Of a stretch of 64,000 nt of DNA, positions 56,004-64,000 are shown one piece after another. The position numbers and the translations under genes were made by a program. The notes under the pieces were generated by a model. It was not told where the DNA came from. It made no database searches and saw nothing but the letters and a program-made list of their open reading frames with translations. Positions within the stretch are counted from its first letter, which is position 1. The number at the start of each line of letters is the position of its first letter. The stretch comes from an uncultured Gemmatimonadales bacterium (GTDB lineage Bacteria; Gemmatimonadota; Gemmatimonadetes; Palauibacterales; Palauibacteraceae). Where the stretch lies: the NCBI GenBank assembly GCA_963783385.1, contig CAWANJ010000009.1, forward strand, positions 480,001 through 544,000, read 5' to 3'.

Positions 56004-56800
56004 GCGAGTCCCCCGTGGGGGTCGAGCCGGGCACGCGGCACTCCACGGCCGTCATCTCGCCGGAGGCCGAACTCGCCGAGTCGGTGGCGGTGGGCCCCTA
56101 CGCCGTGATCGGTCCGGGCGTGCGGCTGGCCGAGCGCGTGCGGATCGGACCGCACGCCTACCTCGAGCGCGATACGCGAGTCGGGGAAGACACGCACATT
56201 CACGCCGGAGCCGTGCTCGGTACCGACCCCCAGGACATGAAGTACGACGGAGAGGCGTCAGTGCTCGAGGTCGGGAGTCGTACCACGATCCGGGAGTACG
56301 CCACCCTGAACCGTGGCACCGCGGCATCGGGGCGAACCAGCGTGGGCGACGACTGTCTGATCATGGCGTACGCCCACGTGGCGCACGATTGCCACCTGGG
56401 AGACCACGTCATCCTGGCCAACGCGGTGAACATGGGCGGCCACGTGGAGATCGGCGACTGGGCCATCGTGGGCGGCGTGACGGCGATCCACCAGTTCGTC
56501 CGCATCGGCCGCCACGCCTTCGTGGGCGGCGGCTCACGGGTGCCCCAGGACGTGGCTCCGTACGTGACCGTGGCGGGCAACCCTTGCGCGGCCTATGGGA
56601 TCAACGCGGAGGGCCTGCGCCGGCGCGGGTTCGGACGGGAGACACTGGCGGCGCTCCGCCACGCCTACCGGGTGCTGTTCCGCTCCAATCGAAACGTGGG
56701 CGATGCGCTCGAAGCCCTCGAGTCGGAGGGCGGGCTCGGCGAGGAGGTCTCCGAGCTCATCGCGTTCATCCGCTCCAGCGAACGCGGCGTGACCACGTGA
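56000..56800 (+). CDS. lpxA: UDP-N-acetylglucosamine acyltransferase
   Basis: PQDMKY, IREY, HVAHDC, HQFVRIG. Confidence 0.95.
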
Positions 56801-57792
56801 CCCGGATACGGGCGGGCGTCGCGGGCGTCGGACGGCTCGGGCGCGAGCATGCCCGCATCCTGTCCGAGCTCGACGAGGTCCACCTCGCGGGCGTGCACGA
56901 TGTGGACGGAGAGCGGGCCACTCGCGTCGCCGCACAGTTTGGCGTCCGCAGCTACCCGGACCTGACCGCGTTGCTCGACGACGTCCAGGCTCTGGTGGTG
57001 GCGGTGCCGACGGCCCTCCATCACGACGTGGCCCGGCGGGCCCTGGTCGCGGGTCGACACGTGCTGGTGGAGAAGCCCCTCACCCGGACGCTCGACGAGG
57101 CCGACGACCTGATCGCCCTCGCCGAACAGCGCGACCTGCGGCTCGCCGTCGGGCACGTGGAGCGCTTCAACGGGGCCATCCGCAGCAGCGAGCCCTACCT
57201 GCACGGGGCGCGCTTCGTCGAGTCTCTGCGCCTGGCTCCGTTCCAACCGCGGGGCACGGACGTCAACGTGGTCCTCGATCTGATGATCCACGACATCGAC
57301 CTCGTCCTCGGCCTGGTGCGCTCCCCGGTCGAGAGCCTGCACGCGGTCGGCACGCCCGTGCTCACCGGCTCGGTGGACATCGCCAACGCCCGGCTCGTAT
57401 TCGAGAACGGGACCGTGGCCGAGATCACGGCGAGCCGGGTGTCCGAGGAGCGGGTCAGGGTGCTGCGCCTCTTCCAGCCCGATGGCTACCTCAAGCTCGA
57501 CCTGGCAGCCGGCCGGGGAGAGTTCCTCCGCAGGCGTGCCGGAATCGGTTCGCTGGAGGGGGGGAAGGGCGAGGTCCCGCTTCACGCGCTCTCCGAGCTG
57601 GTCGAGCGCATTCCCCTGCAGGGCGATGGCCGGGAGCCCCTGCGCCTGGAGCTCGAGGCCTTTCTGGCGGCGGTGCGGGGCGAGAGCTCGCCCGTCGTCT
57701 CGGCCCGGGAAGGTCGCGCCGCCCTCGAGGTGGCGTTTCGAATCGGTCGTTCCATACAACGGTTCGCCGATGTCGCTCTGGAAGCTTCGTGA
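56797..57792 (+). CDS. Gfo/Idh/MocA oxidoreductase (GnnA-like position)
   Basis: GVGRLG..HAR, VEKP, GHVERFN, DLMIHDID. Confidence 0.9.
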   Translation: MTRIRAGVAGVGRLGREHARILSELDEVHLAGVHDVDGERATRVAAQFGVRSYPDLTALLDDVQALVVAVPTALHHDVARRALVAGRHVLVEKPLTRTLDEADDLIALAEQRDLRLAVGHVERFNGAIRSSEPYLHGARFVESLRLAPFQPRGTDVNVVLDLMIHDIDLVLGLVRSPVESLHAVGTPVLTGSVDIANARLVFENGTVAEITASRVSEERVRVLRLFQPDGYLKLDLAAGRGEFLRRRAGIGSLEGGKGEVPLHALSELVERIPLQGDGREPLRLELEAFLAAVRGESSPVVSAREGRAALEVAFRIGRSIQRFADVALEAS

Positions 57793-57904
57793 GGAGAGAA
57801 AGAGGCTCGGTGGCTCCACGCGGCGGGGACCCGGGACCCGAACCCTGGTCTTCCTGCTCGTCCTGGTGCTGCTCCTGATCCTGTACCTCGGCAGCCTGGG
57901 ATAG
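57770..57904 (+). CDS. small single-TM protein (44 aa)
   Basis: basic N-terminus plus LVFLLVLVLLLILYL; overlaps the previous gene and fills the gap to lpxB. Confidence 0.5.
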   Translation: MSLWKLREERKRLGGSTRRGPGTRTLVFLLVLVLLLILYLGSLG

Positions 57905-57912
57905 CCCGGGCC

Positions 57913-59052
57913 GTGCCCTCGGCCTCGATCCGAGGCCCCCGTCGCCGTCGGACGATCTTCCTCTCCGCCGGAGAGGTGTCCGGAGACGAGCACGGGTCGC
58001 GCCTCGCCAGGGAGCTGCGCTCGCGCGCCCCGGACCTGCGCCTGGTCGGGTTGGGCGGCAGCCTCATGGCCGATGCGGGCGTCGAGCTCCTCGCCGACCT
58101 GGACCTGCTGGCGGTGATGGGCGTGGCCGAGGTGCTCACGCGCCTCCCGCGGCTCCTCGGCCTGCGGCGGCGGGTGCGCCGCTTCCTGCTGCGCGAGGGC
58201 GTAGACCTCTTCCTGCCGATCGACTATCCCGGCTTCAACGTCCCGCTGGCGGGCTGGGCCCGGCGCCGTGGGTTGCCCGTGCTCTACTACATCGCTCCCC
58301 AGGTGTGGGCGTGGCGGCCGGGCCGGACCCGCCACCTGGCCCGGGCCACGGACCTGGTGTGCACGGTCCTGCCGTTCGAGAGGGACTTCCTAGAGCGCTA
58401 CGGCGTCCGGGCCCGCTTCGTGGGCCATCCCCTCCTGGACGTGGCGCGCGCGAGGTCGCAGCGCCCCCGGCCCCGGGGGGCTCCGCCGACGCTGGGTCTG
58501 TTTCCGGGCTCCCGGGTCCAGGAGGTGCGGCGGATGCTCCCCTTGTTCCTGGAGACGGCCGGCCGGTTGGTACTCCACGCCTCCGGACTCCGGGTCCTGG
58601 TGGCGCGTGCGCACGATTTGCCGGACGCGGCATTCGAGCCCGCGGATGCGTCGAGCGTCCTGCCGGCCGAGGAGGTGCTGAACCGGGCCACCGTGGCGCT
58701 CACCAAGTCCGGCACGATCACCCTCCAGCTCGCCCTGGCCGGCGTGCCCATGGTCGTGGCACACCGCGTGAACCCGCTCACCTACGCGATCGCCCGGCGG
58801 CTTGTGACCGTCGATCACCTGGCGCTGGTGAACCTGGTCCTGGGAGAGCGTCTGGTGCCCGAGCTCGTGCAGGACGAGGCGGAGCCCGGTCGGCTGGTCC
58901 GGACCCTCCTCCCCCTGCTCGATCCGCACAACGAGGAGCGCGCGCGCATGCTGGACGGCCTCGCCAGGGTCCGCGATCGTCTGGGCGAGCCGGGCGGCTC
59001 GGCGCGCGTGGCGGAGGCCGCCTTCGAGCTCATGGACGGGCGTCGGCCATGA
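57913..59052 (+). CDS. lpxB: lipid-A-disaccharide synthase
   Basis: AGEVSGD, IDYPGFN, APQVWAWR, FVGHPL, PGSR..E, SGTITL. Confidence 0.95.
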   Translation: MPSASIRGPRRRRTIFLSAGEVSGDEHGSRLARELRSRAPDLRLVGLGGSLMADAGVELLADLDLLAVMGVAEVLTRLPRLLGLRRRVRRFLLREGVDLFLPIDYPGFNVPLAGWARRRGLPVLYYIAPQVWAWRPGRTRHLARATDLVCTVLPFERDFLERYGVRARFVGHPLLDVARARSQRPRPRGAPPTLGLFPGSRVQEVRRMLPLFLETAGRLVLHASGLRVLVARAHDLPDAAFEPADASSVLPAEEVLNRATVALTKSGTITLQLALAGVPMVVAHRVNPLTYAIARRLVTVDHLALVNLVLGERLVPELVQDEAEPGRLVRTLLPLLDPHNEERARMLDGLARVRDRLGEPGGSARVAEAAFELMDGRRP

Positions 59053-59705
59053 AGCTCTCGCCGACCGTGGTGGCTCCGGCGGTGGGACTCGTGGCCCGGT
59101 TCCTGTGCGGGTCGTGGCGCTTCCGGGACGAGGCCAGCGGCCGGACCCTGCGCGGTCCCCAGCCGCTGCGGCCGGCCCTGTACGCCCTGTGGCACGAGCA
59201 CCTGCTGCCTCTGGCGTACCTGCACCGCGGGCAGGGAGCGGTGGCCCTGGTCAGCCGGCACCGGGACGGCGAGATCCTGGCCCGCGTCCTCACCGGACTC
59301 GGCTACGACGTCGCGCGCGGCTCCACGACGCGCGGGGGCGCCGCCGCCTACCGGGCGCTGGTCCGGGCCGGGAGAGAAGGCCGGCCGTTGGCGGTGACGC
59401 CCGACGGGCCGAGGGGCCCGCGACGCCGGGCCGACCCGGGCGCCGTTCGGGCCGCCGCGGCCGCCGGAGTCCCGATCGTACCCGCGGCCGCCGCAGCCGA
59501 GCGCGGGTGGAGGCTGCGGAGCTGGGACCGGTTCCTGGTGCCGGCCCCGGGCACGCGGGTGTGGGTGGCTCACGGCGAGGCGCTGGACCCGGGGGCGACC
59601 GATGCGCTCGGGCGTCTCGAGGAGGCCCTGGAAGCCCTCTCGGAGCGGTGCCTGATCGCTGCGGGCCGTGCGGCCCCCGGGTCCGCGCAGGACCATGGGG
59701 TCTGA
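59049..59705 (+). CDS. DUF374 / lysophospholipid acyltransferase family protein
   Basis: WHE, VS.HRDGE, RGSTTRGG, TPDGPRGP, SWDRF. Confidence 0.88.
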   Translation: MKLSPTVVAPAVGLVARFLCGSWRFRDEASGRTLRGPQPLRPALYALWHEHLLPLAYLHRGQGAVALVSRHRDGEILARVLTGLGYDVARGSTTRGGAAAYRALVRAGREGRPLAVTPDGPRGPRRRADPGAVRAAAAAGVPIVPAAAAAERGWRLRSWDRFLVPAPGTRVWVAHGEALDPGATDALGRLEEALEALSERCLIAAGRAAPGSAQDHGV

Positions 59706-60753
59706 GCGCCGCGACGTGCGCAGCGCGGCCGAACGTCGCGCTCGGCGAGCGTGGCGGGAGGGATCCGGGTCGTGGCTCCGGGCGGCCGGCGTCCTGTACG
59801 GGACGGCGACCCACGCGTGGAGCTTCGCGTACGAGGTGGGGCTGCTGCGGCCGCGCCAGCCGGCCCTGCCGACGATCTCGGTCGGGGGCGTCACCGTCGG
59901 CGGGAGCGGCAAGACGCCGGTCGCCGCGGAGGTCGCGCGGATGGTGACGGCGGCGGGCCATCGTCCGATCGTCGTCACCCGCGGCTTCCCCGACGAGCTG
60001 GCCCTGCACGCGCGGATGAGCCGGGGGTGGCCGGTGGTCGGGCATCCCGACCGACGGCTGGCCGTCGCGGAGGCCGCCCGATCGGCCGAGGTGGCCGTGC
60101 TCGATGACGGCTTCCAGCACCGACGATTGGCTCGGGACCTCGACCTCGTCCTGCTCGACGCGGACGTGGTCGGCCGCGTCCCGTGGCGTCTCCTCCCATC
60201 CGGGCCGTTTCGGGAGCCCCCGTCCGCCCTCGGCCGTGCGGACGCGATCGTGGTGACGCGTCGCTCCCTCGGGGCGGCCGCCGGGCGGGCGCTGGCGGCG
60301 TGGGCCCGGCGTCACACGGACGTCCCGCTCATCGCCCGGTGCGCGCTCGAGCCGGGGGAGCTGCGCTGCGTGGCTCGGGCGGCGCATGGGCGCGAGCCGG
60401 ACGCCGGGGCCGGCCCCCGGGTGGCCGTGGCGGGGATCATGAAGCCCGAGGCCTTCCTGGCCGCCGTGCGGGCGCGGGGACTCGACCCCGAGCTCGAAGT
60501 CATCCTGCCCGACCACGGCACGCTCCCGCGCGAGCTGGTCGGCGAGATCGTGGAGGCGGCACGGGACTCCGGAGTCGTCACCACCGGCAAGGACCTCGCC
60601 CGGCTGTCGCCGGCCCTTCCCGCCGGGCTCCCTCTGTGGTGCCTGGAGGAGCGGTTGACGTGGGAGGAGGGGGTCGACGAGCTTCGTCAGCGCATCGAAG
60701 CGGTCTGCGCCGGAAGGCGCGCCGCACCCAATCAGCGACGGGGAACGGGGTGA
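59695..60753 (+). CDS. lpxK: tetraacyldisaccharide 4'-kinase
   Basis: ISVG...GGSGKTP, DDGFQH..L.RD, LLPSGPFRE, TTGKD. Confidence 0.93.
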   Translation: MGSERRDVRSAAERRARRAWREGSGSWLRAAGVLYGTATHAWSFAYEVGLLRPRQPALPTISVGGVTVGGSGKTPVAAEVARMVTAAGHRPIVVTRGFPDELALHARMSRGWPVVGHPDRRLAVAEAARSAEVAVLDDGFQHRRLARDLDLVLLDADVVGRVPWRLLPSGPFREPPSALGRADAIVVTRRSLGAAAGRALAAWARRHTDVPLIARCALEPGELRCVARAAHGREPDAGAGPRVAVAGIMKPEAFLAAVRARGLDPELEVILPDHGTLPRELVGEIVEAARDSGVVTTGKDLARLSPALPAGLPLWCLEERLTWEEGVDELRQRIEAVCAGRRAAPNQRRGTG

Positions 60754-62330
60754 GCGACGTGGAGGTCCTGGAGACGGACGTGCTCGTGGTGGGTAGCGGC
60801 ATCGCCGGCCTCACCTTCGCGCTCAAGGCGGCCGAGGAAGCCGAAGTCCTCCTCCTCACCAAGAAGGGGAGGGTGGAGACGAACACGAATTACGCTCAGG
60901 GCGGGGTGGCAGCGGCGGTCGCCCCCGACGACTCGCCGGCCCTCCACCGGCGCGACACGCTGCTGGCCGGGGCTGGCCTGTGCCACGCGCGTGCGGTCGA
61001 GGAACTCGTCCGCGAGGGACCGGACCGCGTGCACGAGCTGGCGGACTGGGGGGTTCGATTCTCCCGCGATCACGGCAGCTTCGCGCTGGGGCGGGAAGCG
61101 GGCCACAGCCGCCGTCGCATCCTCCACGCCGCCGACCTCACCGGCCACGAGATCGAGCGCGCCCTCCTGGCGGCGGTGGCGGATCACGCCAGGATCCAGG
61201 TGCTCGAGGACCACTTCGTGTGGGAGCTGCGGACCGGGCTCGATCCCGGGAGCTGGCGATCCCGTTGCACGGGCGCCCTCACCCTGGACGTGGACGGCGG
61301 GAGCTTCCGGGCCATAGACGCCCGCGCCGTCCTCCTGGCCACCGGGGGCTCCGGCCGGCTGTACCGCCACACCACGAATCCGCCCATCGCCACCGGCGAC
61401 GGGCTCGCTCTCGGCTACGAAGCCGGCGCCGCGGTGGCCAACCTGGAGTTCGTGCAGTTCCATCCCACGGCGATGTATCCGGCCGGCTCCCAGGCCTTCC
61501 TGGTTTCCGAGGCGGTGCGGGGAGAGGGTGCGGTACTGCGCACGAGGGATGGGAGGGACTTCCTGAAGGGCATCCACCCCTCGGGCTCCCTGGCGCCGCG
61601 GGACGTGGTGGCCCGGGCCATCGACGACGAGCTCCGCCGCAGCGGGGAGCCGTACGTCGTGCTCGACGTCTCGTCCGTCTCGGCCGCGCGGGTGAACGAG
61701 CGCTTTCCCACCATCGCCGCAGCCTGTGCCGAACGGGGCATCGAGCTACCGGCACAGCCGATCCCGGTGGTGCCGGCCGCCCATTACCAGTGCGGCGGCC
61801 TGCTGACCGACTGGGACGGGCGCACGTCGCTGCGTGGTCTGTTCGCGGCCGGGGAAGTCGCCTGCACGGGCGTTCACGGAGCCAACCGCCTGGCCTCCAA
61901 CTCTCTCCTCGAGGCCGTCGTCTACGCCCATAGGGCCGCCCGCCGCACCCTTCAGGAGCTGCACGACCTCGAGATCGTGCCCTCCTCGGCCACGGTGGTC
62001 CCATCGCTCGACGACGCCGGCGCCGATCCCGATGAAGTGGAGAATCGGCTCCGGGATCTCATGTGGGAGAAGGTGGGGATCGTCCGTTCGGACGAGCGCC
62101 TGGCCTCGGCCCGCGAGGAGGTCTCCCGCCTGACCGCCACGCCGCTGCGGCACGGTGGGGACGGCCCCGGCGCGATGCGCGCCCGGGAAGTGGCCTTCAT
62201 GACGCGCCTCGCATCCCTGGTGGTGCGCTGCGCGCTCCGGCGGAGGGAGAGCCGGGGCCTCCACTACACGGAGAGCCACCCCCACCGCGACAGCGAGCGC
62301 TACTTGCGCGACACGGTCCTCGCGGCGTGA
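60750..62330 (+). CDS. nadB: L-aspartate oxidase
   Basis: GSGIAGL, NTNYAQGG, EFVQFHPT, GVHGANRLASNSLLE, ESRGLHY. Confidence 0.95.
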   Translation: MSDVEVLETDVLVVGSGIAGLTFALKAAEEAEVLLLTKKGRVETNTNYAQGGVAAAVAPDDSPALHRRDTLLAGAGLCHARAVEELVREGPDRVHELADWGVRFSRDHGSFALGREAGHSRRRILHAADLTGHEIERALLAAVADHARIQVLEDHFVWELRTGLDPGSWRSRCTGALTLDVDGGSFRAIDARAVLLATGGSGRLYRHTTNPPIATGDGLALGYEAGAAVANLEFVQFHPTAMYPAGSQAFLVSEAVRGEGAVLRTRDGRDFLKGIHPSGSLAPRDVVARAIDDELRRSGEPYVVLDVSSVSAARVNERFPTIAAACAERGIELPAQPIPVVPAAHYQCGGLLTDWDGRTSLRGLFAAGEVACTGVHGANRLASNSLLEAVVYAHRAARRTLQELHDLEIVPSSATVVPSLDDAGADPDEVENRLRDLMWEKVGIVRSDERLASAREEVSRLTATPLRHGGDGPGAMRAREVAFMTRLASLVVRCALRRRESRGLHYTESHPHRDSERYLRDTVLAA

Positions 62331-62797
62331 AGCTCGTGGTGGCCGTAGTGGGCTCGCCGGGACACCCGGACGTGACCGCGGCCATCGCGGACTACGAGTC
62401 GCGCACCCGCCACTACTTCGATCTCGAGGTGGTCGAGCTCCCCGCCGGCCCGGGCTCCCTGCCCGCCGCGGAGCGCATGGAGCGGGAGGCGGAGGCGCTC
62501 CGTCGCCGCGTCCCGGCGGAACTGGAGCGCTTCGTCCTCACCCGGCGCGGCAAGGGCCTCACCTCGGCCGGTCTGGCGCGTTACCTGGGCGACCGAGCGG
62601 CGCACGGGGCGGCGGGCGCCGCCTTCGTCGTGGGCGGCAGCTTCGGCCTGGCGCCCTCGTATGTGGTCGAGGCGGACCACCGGCTGGCCCTCTCGGCCAT
62701 GACTCTGCCCCACGGGCTGGCGCGGCTCGTGCTCGTGGAGCAACTGTACCGGGCCGGCACGATCCTGAGGGGCGAGCCCTACCACAAGGGAGGGTGA
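62327..62797 (+). CDS. rlmH: 23S rRNA pseudouridine1915 methyltransferase
   Basis: FVVGGSFG, LSAMTLPH, EQLYRA.TILRGEPYHK. Confidence 0.93.
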   Translation: MKLVVAVVGSPGHPDVTAAIADYESRTRHYFDLEVVELPAGPGSLPAAERMEREAEALRRRVPAELERFVLTRRGKGLTSAGLARYLGDRAAHGAAGAAFVVGGSFGLAPSYVVEADHRLALSAMTLPHGLARLVLVEQLYRAGTILRGEPYHKGG

Positions 62798-62822
62798 GAT
62801 CGACGAGCGGGGCGGAGGTGGG

Positions 62823-63587
62823 GTGGGCACGACGCGATCGGGACGCAGCGAGGGCGGCCCCTGGTTCCGAGACTGGTTCGGGGCCGAGTATCTGGCCCTC
62901 TACCCCCATCGGGATCAGGAGGAAGCCAGGCGAGCCGTCGAGCTGCTGGTGGACGCCCTGAGGCCCGAGCCCGGGGCACGCGTCCTGGACCTCGCCTGCG
63001 GGGCGGGACGGCACCAGGGACCGCTGGTCGAGGCCGGCCTGCGCCCGGTGGGCCTCGACCTGTCCGCGGACCTCCTGCACCGCGCCGCCTCGCGGACGGG
63101 CGCTCGGGGCCGCCTCGTCCGGGGTGACATGCGGCGGCTCCCCTTCGGAAGCGGGACGTTCGGGGCGGTGGCCAGCTTCTTCACGTCCTTCGGCTACTTC
63201 GCGACGGTTGGCGAGGACATCCAGGTGCTGGAGGAGGTACGGCGCGTCCTGCTGCCGAGCGGAGGATTCCTGCTGGACTTCCTGAACGCGCGTCACGTGC
63301 GGGACACCCTGGTGCCGGTGGATCGCCGCCGGGTCGGAGATCGCCTCGTGATCCAGCGGCGGCGGATCGAGGCGAGCACCGTGGTCAAGGAGATCGAGAT
63401 TCACCACGAGGATCCGGGGATGAAGGACGAGATGTTCGAGGAGCGGGTCCGCCTGTACGAGTCGGCCGAGCTCGAGACGCTCCTCCGGAGCGCCGGGCTC
63501 CGCGTGGAGTCCCGGTTCGGGGGCTACGACAGACAGCCGTCGGGGCCGGACTCGGAGAGGACCCTGCTGGCCGGAAGAGCGGCCTGA
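62823..63587 (+). CDS. class I SAM-dependent methyltransferase
   Basis: WFRDWF...Y..LYPHRD, VLDLACGAGRH, GDMR, FTSFGYF. Confidence 0.9.
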   Translation: MGTTRSGRSEGGPWFRDWFGAEYLALYPHRDQEEARRAVELLVDALRPEPGARVLDLACGAGRHQGPLVEAGLRPVGLDLSADLLHRAASRTGARGRLVRGDMRRLPFGSGTFGAVASFFTSFGYFATVGEDIQVLEEVRRVLLPSGGFLLDFLNARHVRDTLVPVDRRRVGDRLVIQRRRIEASTVVKEIEIHHEDPGMKDEMFEERVRLYESAELETLLRSAGLRVESRFGGYDRQPSGPDSERTLLAGRAA

Positions 63588-64000
63588 TGGCGGCTCTCGG
63601 GTTCGCGGCCCGGGCGCTGGCCGCCGCCGGCACCCCGGCCGGGGACATGCTCCGCGAAACGGGCCCGGTCCACGCCCTCCTGCCGGGGTTCCCGGCCGGG
63701 GCGGAGGGCGTCCTGCGGCGTGGGGGCGGCGGTTCACCGGCCCGACTGGCCGCTTCGGCATTTCGGACGACCCGAGCCGCCGACGCCGACAAGCTGGACG
63801 GAATACTGCACGGAGGCGGAGTCCTCGTATCGACGGGCCAGCAGCCGGACCTGTTCGGCGGGCCGCTCTACGTCCTCTACAAGGCCCTTGGAGCCTGTGT
63901 CGTGGCCGCCGCGATCGAGGAGACCCACGGCGTTCCCGCGCTCCCCATGTTCTGGGTGGCCTCGGACGACCACGACTGGGACGAGGTGGGACGGGTCGAC
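63587..64000 (+). CDS. bshC: bacillithiol biosynthesis protein BshC, truncated by window edge
   Basis: TGQQPDLFGGPLYVLYKA, FWVASDDHDWDEV. Confidence 0.9.
   Translation, partial: MAALGFAARALAAAGTPAGDMLRETGPVHALLPGFPAGAEGVLRRGGGGSPARLAASAFRTTRAADADKLDGILHGGGVLVSTGQQPDLFGGPLYVLYKALGACVVAAAIEETHGVPALPMFWVASDDHDWDEVGRVD

Overview
High-GC diderm bacterial chromosome segment, probably Gemmatimonadota (inferred from gene content and order). 1-9 kb is housekeeping: the end of an RND efflux operon, acnA, coproheme decarboxylase and ychF. An ~18.5-kb element is integrated in tRNA-His, bounded by a 44-bp att duplication (9137-9180 / 27639-27682). It encodes a tyrosine integrase, a small HTH switch with palindromic operators, two helicases (DnaB-like and RepA/AAA_25-like), an iteron-like origin, a Xis-like HTH, small and large terminase, an HK97-gp10-like protein and a ~1,100-codon tape-measure-like gene. 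I can see no portal, capsid, tail tube or lysis gene, so it is a candidate new type of phage satellite; a deleted prophage is the alternative. Just outside attR, a lower-GC glycosyltransferase sits inside a 164-bp direct duplication. Then come a beta-CASP hydrolase, a tRNA-less rRNA operon and a long core gene run (GGDEF, era, rnr, prfB with programmed frameshift, lysS, lolCDE, mcsAB-clpC, bamA-skp-lpxD-lpxC/fabZ-lpxA-lpxB-lpxK, nadB, rlmH, bshC). Frameshifts cluster in 9.3-31 kb and may be sequencing errors or decay.
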